This document shows, one piece after another, positions 10,472 to 20,417 of a stretch of DNA of 64,000 bases (its first letter is position 1; each line of letters starts with the position of its first letter). The position numbers and the translations under genes were made by a program. The notes beneath the pieces were generated by a model. It did no database searches and was not told where the DNA came from. It saw nothing but the letters and a program-made list of their open reading frames with translations. This DNA is from an uncultured Bacteroidota bacterium (lineage in GTDB: Bacteria > Bacteroidota > Ignavibacteria > UBA10030 > UBA6906): NCBI GenBank assembly GCA_963700635.1, contig CAVOYH010000004.1:224001-288000 (forward strand). The letters are read 5' to 3'.

Positions 10472-10960
10472 GAGTGATGAAGGGGCTTTTGAGGACTTGA
10501 AGAGTGGCGGAAATTCGGATTGACGTTGACTTTTCGAATCCGGAAACCATATTGTATCCAAGCTTACATAGGTCGAATGCGGATGATCCCGCGCCAGACC
10601 TGGAAGCGCACCTGATCTTTGCCTCTATCTGCACTCCCTCTTCGAACGCGGGTTTCGACTTCTGCATGTTGTCGTAAGGTCTTTCAGAACAGTCTCGTAT
10701 TTGCTTATATCATGGCTCACTCAGCCATCGGGCCGTTGGCCTGGACCCTGATCCTGTTTCTCCGCTATAGAGCCCACCACGACGACCGTTTGCCTGCGAG
10801 GCCTCGAACAACACGTATTTGTTTACGGCAAAAGATTTGATTGACTCGGAATAGGTGTCAGTGTGCCGCCGAGTGTTTCTGCAATGTCGTCGTACCCAAC
10901 AGCCCGTTTGTGACACCACAAGCTGTTACCCAAGTTCTATGGATGAACCGGAGGTGGTCA

Positions 10961-13093
10961 ATGAATAGAGCGATGTCCAGATTCAGCAGTCTCCTGCTGG
11001 CATCCTTCCTCTCGTTCGGCGCTGTAAAGAGCCAGGATATTGGCTGGATGGCGGGTGGATTCGGAGATGACGTAAATTGCGTCGACTTTTCACCTGACGG
11101 CACGTACTTGGCCATAAGCGGCTGGGACGGTGTGATCCGATTCTACGACAGAGTCACATTGAATCCATTCCGGGAGTTTCGTAACCCCTCCAGCGCCTAC
11201 ATGTTCGACATTTCTCCCGACGGGAAATATCTCGCCGCCGGAAGGTATACCATCAGCATATGGGATGCGGCCACGGGTACGCTTGTGAGGACTCTCGCGG
11301 GGCACAGCCAAAGAGTTGCGGCGCTCAGCTTTTCACCGGATGGCAAATATCTGGCTACGGCGAGTTACGACAGCACGCTGAAACTGTGGGAGGTTACTTC
11401 TGGCGATTCGCTGGCCGCGCTCGTCGGGCATCGGGGGAGGATTGTTGATTTGGCGTTCTCGTGTGATGGGAACTCCATCGTCACCACGGGTGCGGATAGC
11501 ACCATCCGGGTTTGGAATGTGCCGGGGAGGAATCTCACTCGCACGATTTCGGTAGGCAAATGGGTTATATCAGCGATGTTCTCTCCCGATGGACAGCACA
11601 TCGCAGCCGGGGTAGGAGACAGTACTGTTACACTTTGGAATACTGCAACCGGATCCGTGTGGAAGAAATACGGTCCAAGCTTGAATATTTACAGAGTACG
11701 TTTCTCTCCCGACGGTCAATACCTCTGCCACGGCGGAGGAGCGGATAGCAATATTACCGTCCGGGAGGTCGCAACCGGAAGCGTCGTTAAGGTGTTGAAA
11801 GCAGGTGTCTACGGGTTGGCAAGTCTTGCATATTCCCCGGATGGCAAGTATATCATGCATAGCGGGAGACTTGCGAATCTGTGGAACGTTGTCACGGGGA
11901 GCCTCGAGTCGATTGTGGCGGGACACATCGGGCAGGTAAATTCCGTGGCGTTCTCAACTCTGGGGCAGTACTTCGCATCTGGAGGCGACGACGCACAGAT
12001 CATCGTCAGGTCTGGTGCGTCGGGACAACATGTTCGTTCCTTCCATCTTGGTTCGTTCAAACGCATCTACTCCGTTGTCTTTTCTCCGAATGAGGAACTG
12101 CTTGCGGCTGGAAGTATCTCGTCAGTGTACCTGTGGCGCACGGGAACCTGGGACACTGTCAGGACTATTCCGCGCGGGGTGAACGCCATTGCCTTTGCCC
12201 CTGACGGAAGCCTGCTCGCAACCGCGGAGAGGTACGCTCCGGTTCAATTGTGGGACGTCGCGACAGGCGCATTCGTGCGGGCATTCAGTGGACAGACAGG
12301 AGAGATCCGCTCAGTCAGCTTTTCTCCTGACGGTAAGTACATTGTCGCCGCGGACGTAGGGATTTCCCAGAGTTCCTTGCGGGTCTGGGAAGTGGGTACG
12401 GGCAATAAGGTAAAGGCGTTCGTGTTTGATCCCAGTCAGGAGGGAGTTAGCTCTGCAGTTTTCTTGCCTGACGGGCAAAGGCTTGCAGCTGTTGTTGGCA
12501 GCGGTTCTATCAGAATCTGGAGGACAGTATCGTGGGATACACTATTGACCATCAATGCGAAATCCTCGGTGATGAGCTTTTCCGCGGATGCAAAGTATCT
12601 GGCGACTGGATCTGATTCGGGGTGGGTTCAGATCTGGGATGTGAGGACTGGTGCTCTCCTGAAGATCTGTGACGGATACCGTCAGTACAATTGGTCCCTG
12701 GCGTTTGCACCAGATGGCCGGACTGTTCTCTCAGGGAAAAGCGGAGGGTGTGTAATCCGCTGGAATACAGGGCTTGTGTCGGAAGTCCTGCCCTATCATA
12801 ACGCGTTTCCCGGCCGGCTAGAACTCTCTCAGAACTACCCAAACCCGTTCAACCCCTCAACGACGATCCGCTATGGTCTCCCCGCACGCTCGCACGTAAC
12901 CCTGGATGTATTCAATACATTGGGGCAGCGGGTGGCAGTTCTCGAGAGCGGAGAGCAGGACGCCGGGTACCACGAGGTCAGATTCGACGGAGCGAACCTC
13001 CCGAGCGGCGTGTATTTCTATAGGATGCAGGCGGGATCATACACAGAAACCAAACGTCTCCTATATGCTGCGCTAATCGACAGCTTTCAATGA
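10961..13093 (+). CDS. WD40-repeat beta-propeller protein with T9SS sorting domain
   Basis: GGAGGT RBS, signal peptide, about 14 FSPDG..LA..W repeats and QNYPNPFNP. An extra T near 13064 probably alters the last residues (otherwise KRLLMLR-stop at 13076). Confidence 0.92.
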   Translation: MNRAMSRFSSLLLASFLSFGAVKSQDIGWMAGGFGDDVNCVDFSPDGTYLAISGWDGVIRFYDRVTLNPFREFRNPSSAYMFDISPDGKYLAAGRYTISIWDAATGTLVRTLAGHSQRVAALSFSPDGKYLATASYDSTLKLWEVTSGDSLAALVGHRGRIVDLAFSCDGNSIVTTGADSTIRVWNVPGRNLTRTISVGKWVISAMFSPDGQHIAAGVGDSTVTLWNTATGSVWKKYGPSLNIYRVRFSPDGQYLCHGGGADSNITVREVATGSVVKVLKAGVYGLASLAYSPDGKYIMHSGRLANLWNVVTGSLESIVAGHIGQVNSVAFSTLGQYFASGGDDAQIIVRSGASGQHVRSFHLGSFKRIYSVVFSPNEELLAAGSISSVYLWRTGTWDTVRTIPRGVNAIAFAPDGSLLATAERYAPVQLWDVATGAFVRAFSGQTGEIRSVSFSPDGKYIVAADVGISQSSLRVWEVGTGNKVKAFVFDPSQEGVSSAVFLPDGQRLAAVVGSGSIRIWRTVSWDTLLTINAKSSVMSFSADAKYLATGSDSGWVQIWDVRTGALLKICDGYRQYNWSLAFAPDGRTVLSGKSGGCVIRWNTGLVSEVLPYHNAFPGRLELSQNYPNPFNPSTTIRYGLPARSHVTLDVFNTLGQRVAVLESGEQDAGYHEVRFDGANLPSGVYFYRMQAGSYTETKRLLYAALIDSFQ

Positions 13094-13100
13094 CAACTAC

Positions 13101-13131
13101 CGGCCCGGCTGATCACCGGGTCGCTTTGTTT
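13101..13131 (+). terminator. Possible intrinsic terminator
   Basis: CGGCCCGG..CCGGGTCG hairpin followed by CTTTGTTT. Confidence 0.45.
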
Positions 13132-13310
13132 CATGCCCTCCCGATGCATCCGTCAGAGCATCCAGGAGTATTCTGGGTAGTACCAGGCAGATGAGCACCT
13201 TCTGTGAAAGTTCCATGACGGAACCGTGACAGGAATCCTTTCAGGAGATATGATATTTCCTATGAACACAGGGGGGTCTGAAATCTGAGGACAGCACAGA
13301 AGGTGGCGCT

Positions 13311-13721
13311 ATGAAACTCATTTGTGTTTGTCTGTCTTTTGCCATCCTGCTTACAGGATGCTATTCCTATTCGTCAATTGGCGAGGATGAATCAATTCTC
13401 GATGATATGGATGCGCGATTTCACCTGACGGATGGGAGTCTCGTGGAATCACGTCAGGGCAATCACAGTCGGATAGAAGGAGGTTATCAGGTGTCTGGCA
13501 CTCTCACCAAAGAAGATATGCTACGAGAAACTTGGGTCAATGGGGTTAGCAGAACAGTCCAGCCATTTACGGGTACGATTCAGGATGCCGATATTCAAGA
13601 AATCAGTGTGTACCAGTACCAAGCTGGAGCAACAACGCTTGCTATAGTAATAGCATCACCAGCTGTTATAGTGGCCTGCCTGTTCCTCTTTAATGGGCAA
13701 GGACTCCTACTTTGTCTTTAG
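13311..13721 (+). CDS. Hypothetical lipoprotein with C-terminal hydrophobic helix
   Basis: RBS AAGG, lipobox LLTGC and a C-terminal TM-like segment. Confidence 0.7.
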   Translation: MKLICVCLSFAILLTGCYSYSSIGEDESILDDMDARFHLTDGSLVESRQGNHSRIEGGYQVSGTLTKEDMLRETWVNGVSRTVQPFTGTIQDADIQEISVYQYQAGATTLAIVIASPAVIVACLFLFNGQGLLLCL

Positions 13722-13732
13722 GAGGGATAACC

Positions 13733-13891
13733 ATGAAACTCCTGTGCATCACGATGTCGTTCACACTCCTATTGACAGGATGCTACTCTCCTACGACCAT
13801 AACAAAGGAGAATACCGACAATTTAGACAACGAAGCAGTCACGTTCTATCCCACCGATGGCACATTTATCGAATCAAAGGCTGGTAACCAC
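13733..13891 (+). pseudogene. Tandem paralogous lipoprotein truncated by an IS3 insertion
   Basis: MKLLCITMSFTLLLTGCYS...TDGTFIESKAGNH aligns with the previous gene (TDGSLVESRQGNH). The IS left end supplies the stop. Confidence 0.8.
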
Positions 13892-13962
13892 TGACCTGAC
13901 CCCCGAAACTCGGTCCAAGATTTTGTAGACAAAAATGTTATCTTGGACCAGAAGGAGGGCAT

Positions 13963-14241
13963 ATGGGTAAGCAACGGCACACGGCAGAGCAGATTATTGC
14001 AAAGTTGCGAGAGGCGGAGGTCCTCCAGGGCAAAGGGATGTTGCTGGAGGAGGTCCTGCGGCAGATCGGGATCAGCGACGCGACGTACTACAAGTGGCGG
14101 AAAGAGTACGGAGGTTTGCGGGTCGAGCAAGCGAAGCGGCTCAAGGAGCTTGAACACGAGAACAGCCGCTTGAAGAAGGCGGTGGCCGATCTGACGTTAG
14201 ATAACATGATCCTGAAGGAAGTCAGCCGGGGAAAATATTGA
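13963..14241 (+). CDS. IS3 transposase OrfA (HTH)
   Basis: IGISDATYYKWRKEYGG..RLKELEHENSRLKKAVADL; putative frameshift site GGGGAAAA at its end. Confidence 0.93.
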   Translation: MGKQRHTAEQIIAKLREAEVLQGKGMLLEEVLRQIGISDATYYKWRKEYGGLRVEQAKRLKELEHENSRLKKAVADLTLDNMILKEVSRGKY

Positions 14242-15083
14242 GCCCGGCCAAACGGCGCCGGGCAGCAGTTCAGGTTCAGTCAGTACTCCAGGTGTCAGAA
14301 CGACGTGTCTGTCGTGCCATGGACCACCCCAGATCAACGCAGAGACGAAACCCGGTGGTCAAGTCCGATGAGGAGGCTCTGCGAAAGGAAATTGTCAAGA
14401 CGGCATGTGCCTACGGGCGGTATGGGTATCGGAGGGTAACGGCACTGTTGCGGAACGGTGGGTGGAGGGTAAATCATAAGCGGGTTGAGCGGATATGGCG
14501 TCAGGAAGGGCTGAAAGTGCCCAAGCGGCAGCCCAAACGGAGAAGGTTGTGGTTGAATGATGGTTCCTGTATCCGGCTGCGACCCGAGTATCCAAACCAC
14601 GTCTGGAGCTATGATTTTGTGGCTGAGCGGACCACTGACGGAAGACCACTGCGGATGTTGAACATCATGGATGAATACACGCGGGAATGCCTCAGAATCC
14701 ACATTGGACGGCAGGTCAAGGCGACAGATGTAATCTATGAATTATCTGAACTCTTCATCGAACGTGGAGCGCCGGACTACCTTAGGTCAGACAACGGATC
14801 AGAGTTTACGGCAGATCTGATTCGGGAATGGCTCGGGCGGCTCGGTGTCAAGACGCTGTTCATAGAACCGGGGAGCCCGTGGGAAAACGGCTACATCGCG
14901 TCGTTCAACGGCAAGCTCAGAGATGAACTGCTCAACGGTGAGATCTTTGACACGATCCTGGAGGCAAGGGTAATCACGGAGGACTGGAGACAGCTTTACA
15001 ACACAATCAAGCCGCACAGCTCTCTGGGCTATCGTGCACCAGCCCCGGAGGCATACACCCCGCACCAGGTCGCCAATGCCTGA
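14238..15083 (+). CDS. IS3 transposase OrfB (DDE integrase core)
   Basis: RYGYRRV, WSYDF, DEYTRE, SDNGSEF and PGSPWENG motifs. Confidence 0.95.
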   Translation: MSPAKRRRAAVQVQSVLQVSERRVCRAMDHPRSTQRRNPVVKSDEEALRKEIVKTACAYGRYGYRRVTALLRNGGWRVNHKRVERIWRQEGLKVPKRQPKRRRLWLNDGSCIRLRPEYPNHVWSYDFVAERTTDGRPLRMLNIMDEYTRECLRIHIGRQVKATDVIYELSELFIERGAPDYLRSDNGSEFTADLIREWLGRLGVKTLFIEPGSPWENGYIASFNGKLRDELLNGEIFDTILEARVITEDWRQLYNTIKPHSSLGYRAPAPEAYTPHQVANA

Positions 15084-15135
15084 GACAGGGAAAAAATGAA
15101 CTCAACATTGGTACACGAACCGGGGGCAGGTCACA

Positions 15136-15729
15136 TTGTTGCCTGAACTGAGCATAGGTTGGGGAACTGCATGGTGGTTTGCGGCTGCGTACGCCCTAAT
15201 CACGCTCTCCATTGTTGCGATCTATGGCAGGGAGTTCTCAAAGAGATGTTTCCGCTTCCCCAGATCCAAATCCATCAAGCATAAGATACCTGTTGCCCTC
15301 GGTGCTGCCTTGTTTGGCAGAGCGCTCATGATGTATTCGATCTTCGTGCCTCTCGAACTGAACACCCCATGGTTCTGGACTGGAGTTTCGATGTTTGGCG
15401 CTGGTGCCCTTCTCACCGCCATTGCCATGATCAATTTTGCCACAACTTCCCAGGATCAACTTGTTACAAAGGGCATGTATCGAATTTCGAGAAATCCCAT
15501 ACAGGTGCTGGCTATCATCATGTGGATAGGCGTCGGAATAGCCACAGAATCATGGATCATGTTGGTGGCATGCCTGCTCCTGGCTGTTGTATCATATCCG
15601 TCAATTCGGGCACAGGAACACTCTTGCATTGAAATCTATGGGGATGCCTATCGAGAATACATGAAGTCCACACCACGCTATTTGCCGTTCGGCAAGAACC
15701 TTCAGAGTCAATATACTGGGAGGTCATGA
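15136..15729 (+). CDS. Isoprenylcysteine carboxyl methyltransferase/PEMT-family membrane protein (5' end possibly clipped by the IS)
   Basis: Multiple TM helices; LVTKGMYRISRNP and YGDAYREYMKSTPRY motifs. Confidence 0.8.
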   Translation: MLPELSIGWGTAWWFAAAYALITLSIVAIYGREFSKRCFRFPRSKSIKHKIPVALGAALFGRALMMYSIFVPLELNTPWFWTGVSMFGAGALLTAIAMINFATTSQDQLVTKGMYRISRNPIQVLAIIMWIGVGIATESWIMLVACLLLAVVSYPSIRAQEHSCIEIYGDAYREYMKSTPRYLPFGKNLQSQYTGRS

Positions 15730-17115
15730 TGAAGATCACCGTTCTGAATGGAAGTCCCAAGGGCGAGTTGAGCATAACACTACAGTATGCGCACTTCCTT
15801 CAGAACAAGTTCCCTCGGCATGAGCTGAAAGTCTTTCACGTCTCACAACATATCAAGAAGCTTGAAAAAGACGAGAAGGCCTTTCGGGAGATCATGGATG
15901 AAGTCAGATCGTCTGATGGTGTCTTGTGGGCGTTTGGTGTCTTTGTGCTTGCTCCACCCTCTCAGTATATGAGGTTCGTTGAGCTGATTTCCGAAAGAGG
16001 CGTGGAAGATGCCTTCAAGGGCAAGTATGCAGCGGTTCTCACTACCTCGATTCACTACTTTGACCACACCGCTCACAATTACATGAGGGCCGTATGTGAG
16101 GCCCTCAACATGAGATATGCGGATGGACTATCTCTGTATTTGCAGGACCTGACGGACAAGAACAGAAGACAAGATCTCATTGCTTTTGCTGAAAACTTCT
16201 TCGAGGCAATCGAGAAGAGGTTCACCACTGCCCGACTTTTCAAGCCACTCACGTTCACCGATTTTGTCTATGAGCCTTCCCCTCCGGAGAAGAAGACCGC
16301 CACGAAGGGCAAGAACGTTGTCGTGCTTACAGACGCGTACGACAGCAATTCGAACCTGGGAAAGATGATCAACAGATTCAAGCAGTCTTTTGTAGTGGAG
16401 ATCGAGGTAATTGACCTTCACGATATCGATATAAGAGGCGGGTGCCTAGGCTGCATGCGATGTGGATACGATTACAAGTGCGTTCAGAAGGACGGGTTTA
16501 CCGACTTCTACAACAATCGAGTAAGGACGGCCGATATCATTGTGTTTGCTGGCGAAGTCAGGGGTCCCTATCTGTCCTCGAAATGGAAGGAATTCTACGA
16601 TCGCGCCTACTTCTGGAACCATACACCATCACTGGTCGGCAAGCAATTGGGATACTTGATCTCAGGGCCTTTGAGCCAAACAGCGAATCTCATCCAGATT
16701 CTGGAAGCCTCTTCTACCATCTCGGCAGGATGCCAATCACGCAGATGTAGTCACCGACGAGTGTGAGAACTCGGCGGAGACTGACGCCTTGTTACAGAGC
16801 TTTGCGGAGCGTCTGGTCAGTTTCGCTGAAAAAGGATACGTTAGACCGCAGAACTTCCTTGGGGTTGGGGGACATAAGGTTTTTAGAGACGATATCTGGG
16901 GAAGGCTTCGCATGATTTGGCAGGCGGATCATGGATACTTCGAGAAGCACGGTAAGTATGATTTTCCCCAAAAAGAGCTCACGTTGTGGATCGCCAATCC
17001 CATCATGATGACATTGACAAAAATCCCCAGGTTCAGAAAGAAGTTCTATGCAAACCTAACCAAATTCTCCAGTGGAAGATTGAAGAAGATCGCTGAGAGA
17101 AAGGATCGAAGTTAG
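15726..17115 (+). pseudogene. Double flavodoxin-fold NAD(P)H-dependent FMN reductase / iron-sulfur flavoprotein, frameshifted near 16715
   Basis: VLNGSPKG and GCLGCMRC..C motifs. The reading continues in another frame (..QDANHADVVTDE..LQSFAERL..) to the stop at 17115. Confidence 0.78.
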
Positions 17116-17347
17116 GTGCCCAGTACTCGTCCAGGGAGAACGCCACATAGCCTTTTTTGGAGACCGACCTCAGCTCGGAGACTCGTGAGATCGGCTCAAT
17201 TTGGCCGTCAGTTGGTGCGGCAAGTGTAGAGTACTTTGGGTCTCCCTCCACTCGGAAACCCGGTTGTAGACGTCCAGAGGTCCAGCATTCTCCAGTCACG
17301 TCCAAAACCTTTCCCCAAGGGAGCGACAGACAGACCCCCACCGCCCG

Positions 17348-17376
17348 TTGACAATTCCGCCCTCACGCCGTAGATT
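17348..17376 (+). promoter_or_regulatory. Sigma70-type promoter
   Basis: TTGACA-17nt-TAGATT upstream of ORF 17447. Confidence 0.6.
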
Positions 17377-17446
17377 AGTTCATTCGTCGGGGGGTGTTCA
17401 GCTCGACTATTCCATTGACCAGACACCTGAAACAAGGTAGACATTT

Positions 17447-18943
17447 ATGCAGCCGCTGGCTCTTCATATTCTCCTTGCCATCCTTGTGGTACCATGTTCC
17501 ACTCAACTACGAGCTGCTGAGCAGTGGCGCATCAATTCAACAGAGGAGTGGAAGCAGTCCAGGAGCCAAAGCGACGGGCTTACGTTTGAGGAGGGGTTTG
17601 CGTTGCCCCTCGGAAAGGCCGGCTCTTATCGGAGTGTTATGCGTAGGTTCGATGACAAGACGTCGGCGTCACATATTGTTGTCGAGCAGTCTCCGGTGTG
17701 GCTCAACTGGAATGCTGTTGAGCCCATAGGCCCGACAAACCTGGTGGACGCACCCGTACTGCTGACGCTGGGTCCCGGTGACTATTGGCTCTTTGGACGC
17801 TATGGTCGCAGCACGGGCGATACGACGTTCACGTCCGAGGAAGCCAAACTTGAAGGCTTCGACATCCCGTTACGAACGACCCCTTTCAAGAATCAATTCG
17901 ACGCTGCCGGCGGGCTGAAGCCCGGACTCGGCGGATATCATGCCTGGCAAAGCAAAGATATGGTGCACTGGGTCCACCATGGACCGGTTACTGAAGCATT
18001 TTCACGCTGGGTCACCACTGCCGAGTATGTCGACGGGAAAGCGTATGTCTACTACGACTATCCGAATGACCAGGATCCGCATCTGTATATTGATGAGAAC
18101 CTGACCGATGGTGTACCCGGGAAGAATATGGGGCTGGCATTCGACGATCCCTCTGACGGATCAGATTGTGCCGTCATTCGCGACCTGGAGGGAAGGTTTC
18201 ACGTGATCTACGAAGATTGGAGCCCGATCAATGCCGGAAACCACTCATGGGATTCGCCTCTGGCCGGACATGCCGTCAGCGCGAACGGCATCGACCATTT
18301 CCGAATACTCAAGCCGGCCGTGGACCATCGAACAGAACCGACCGGGAAGTTCGCCGAATATCGCCACCCCCACTGGACACAGCATCCTCACTGGAATTCC
18401 AACATCGCAACATACGAAGTGCACGAACCCGAACAAAACGCGTATGGGGATTGGGCTGCCATCGGCATTGGCGGCCAATACTACCTCTTCGGGGATTTCC
18501 ATGCTGCCGGAAATGGCGGGGAGGAAATGAGTGTTGCCTGGTTCACCTCATCCAGCCTCGACGCACCGTTCGAGTATTGCGGGCAGATCGGGAACGGCCA
18601 TCCTGACCCGGATATTGCCTTCGCCGAGGGACAGTTCTATCTGGTCACCCAGACTGATACAGACTTCGTCAGTCCTGGCCCCTGGGTTCAGAGGGTTGAG
18701 ATCCGGGTAGGCGTTGACAGGAACGGTGATGGGCAGATTGACGTATGGACGAAGTGGCAGGAGGTCAAAGAGAGCTACGCCCCTATCAAGGGGTTCTCGA
18801 AGCAGGTTGAGCGTATTCCGGCATCGATGGAACTCACTGACCTCCCCGCGGGCTTTGGATTCTGTTTCGAGTTTCGCACGACGGACACCACCGGGAATTT
18901 GTCAGCACCGACGCTGGACAGTATCAGCATGTTTTTTGAATAA
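17447..18943 (+). CDS. Secreted putative glycoside hydrolase-like beta-propeller protein
   Basis: Signal peptide; DAPV, SKDMVHWVHHG and HPDPDI segments resemble GH43/GH32-clan propellers; DRNGDG Ca-binding-like loop. Confidence 0.55.
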   Translation: MQPLALHILLAILVVPCSTQLRAAEQWRINSTEEWKQSRSQSDGLTFEEGFALPLGKAGSYRSVMRRFDDKTSASHIVVEQSPVWLNWNAVEPIGPTNLVDAPVLLTLGPGDYWLFGRYGRSTGDTTFTSEEAKLEGFDIPLRTTPFKNQFDAAGGLKPGLGGYHAWQSKDMVHWVHHGPVTEAFSRWVTTAEYVDGKAYVYYDYPNDQDPHLYIDENLTDGVPGKNMGLAFDDPSDGSDCAVIRDLEGRFHVIYEDWSPINAGNHSWDSPLAGHAVSANGIDHFRILKPAVDHRTEPTGKFAEYRHPHWTQHPHWNSNIATYEVHEPEQNAYGDWAAIGIGGQYYLFGDFHAAGNGGEEMSVAWFTSSSLDAPFEYCGQIGNGHPDPDIAFAEGQFYLVTQTDTDFVSPGPWVQRVEIRVGVDRNGDGQIDVWTKWQEVKESYAPIKGFSKQVERIPASMELTDLPAGFGFCFEFRTTDTTGNLSAPTLDSISMFFE

Positions 18944-18969
18944 GGTGCGTTGGAGCGAACGAGGCGATG

Positions 18970-19588
18970 GAGGGGACGACTTACCGCTCCGCTTCATCGT
19001 GCCAAAGTCTGCTTGCGGACCAGTTCTGGCGGACCCCTCCTGCAGCGTCTCCATCCAACAAGAAGGGAGCTCCGCCTGTGATTTCGCGCGGGTCTCCTGC
19101 GAATCATATTTACGGAGGAGCCTCCAGCGATGCTCCGTAACGGTGTGTGGAGCGTGCCCACCCGAGGCTGTCGCAGGCCTGTCGTTCGCTCGTCTGGTAG
19201 GTGCGCTCAACCTCTCGGACGATCTCCCAGCGCACGCCAGGCCTTAGAGCTTTTTTGACAACACATCCTGAAGGATCTGCTTGTCGAGCGTCAAGTCTGT
19301 CACCATGCGTTTCAGGCGACGGTTCTCGTCCTCAAGTTCTTTCAACCGATGGATCTCAGAGACCCCCACGTCCGCAAACTGCTTCTTCCACCGGTAGAAG
19401 GTCTGCTTCGTGATCCCCATCTTCCGGATGATCTCAGCAACCGTTGTACCGTTGACAGCCTGGCGAAGTGCGAGGGCAATCTGTGCTTCCGTGAACCGCT
19501 TTCTCATAGCAAGGTCCTCCTCCATCGGGTGGGCTAGGATACGAAAAAAACTAACACCCGAAATGGACCGCGAAACTGGGTCCAGACC
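18970..19588 (-). mobile_element. Degenerate IS3-family element: orfA (19507-19244) and eroded orfB
   Basis: MRKRFTEAQIALALRQ..TFYRWKKQF..RLKELEDENRRLKRMVTDLTLDKQILQDVLSKKL, followed by a SERQAC..RSTHRY orfB start that then decays. Confidence 0.85.
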
Positions 19589-19646
19589 CGCCCGTTGCGT
19601 GGCATGAATCCGGGTTGTATATTGGACGCATGACACGCGCAGGACA

Positions 19647-20333
19647 GTGCGGAAAAGATCTGGCCTCACGCCAGATCCCCCAGACACGGCTCCGGTGCCC
19701 CTGACCACGATCAGCCGGCGCGAATTGCTCTCGACGATGGCAATCGGCGGCGGAGCAATCGTGTCGGGCGTGGACCAGTTGTCCCACTCCCCGCGCCCCG
19801 CCGTGCCTCCGGGATCAAGGGATCATCCGGTCTTTCCGATCCGGCAACCGGACGTCCTGGCGCAGTCGTTCGGGTTCCATTCCTGGAAGACGCGGGAACC
19901 CGAGATCGCCGAGATCCTCGATGCGCACTCCTCGGTGATCGCCGTGACTTCCGGTCATCTCCACTTGACCGGCATGTCGCTCCATGGGCGAGTCCCGCAG
20001 ATTGTCTTTGCCGGGACGGCATCATACCCCCACGACGTGGGGCTGTTCACCGTCGCGGAGAGCACCGTCACCGTGGAGGCGGTACGGCTTCCTTCTCATC
20101 TCCTTGTGCCGGAAACAAACATCCACGGAATGCAGCGTCACGGGATAGACTTCACCGACCCGGATCACCCTTCGTACACGCACTCTGTGATGGGACACGT
20201 TGAAGAGCGTCGGTTCATCACACGCGTCCGTCGTTGTGACAGCGGTCAGATCGGAGTGTCGAGCCGAGACCGAATCTTATGGTCAGGGTTTCATGCCTCT
20301 CCGATTTCACCTTCACGGTGTCAGACGCAATAG
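19647..20333 (+). pseudogene. Tat-signal metallophosphoesterase remnant with internal deletion
   Basis: SRRELL Tat-like motif and C-terminal HPVF / TSGHLH motifs; the N-terminal DxH, GD and GNH motifs are missing. Confidence 0.55.
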
Positions 20334-20417
20334 TCGAATCCTGTTCATTCGTAACGGTTTGACAATGCTCGAGGTTTTCACGAATACTTCATCCAGCAAT
20401 GGAACGAGGAAACGCAT

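Larger units (their letters stand above)
13892..15133 (+). mobile_element. IS3-family insertion sequence (IS407-like), apparently intact
   Basis: TG...CA ends with IRs TGACCTGACCCCCG / CGGGGGCAGGTCA; orfA and orfB present. No target-site duplication is visible. Confidence 0.95.

Noticed and set aside
13094-13891. Integron cassette array for the tandem lipoproteins
   Set aside because: There are no attC-like RYYYAAC...GTTRRRY palindromes between the genes and no IntI.
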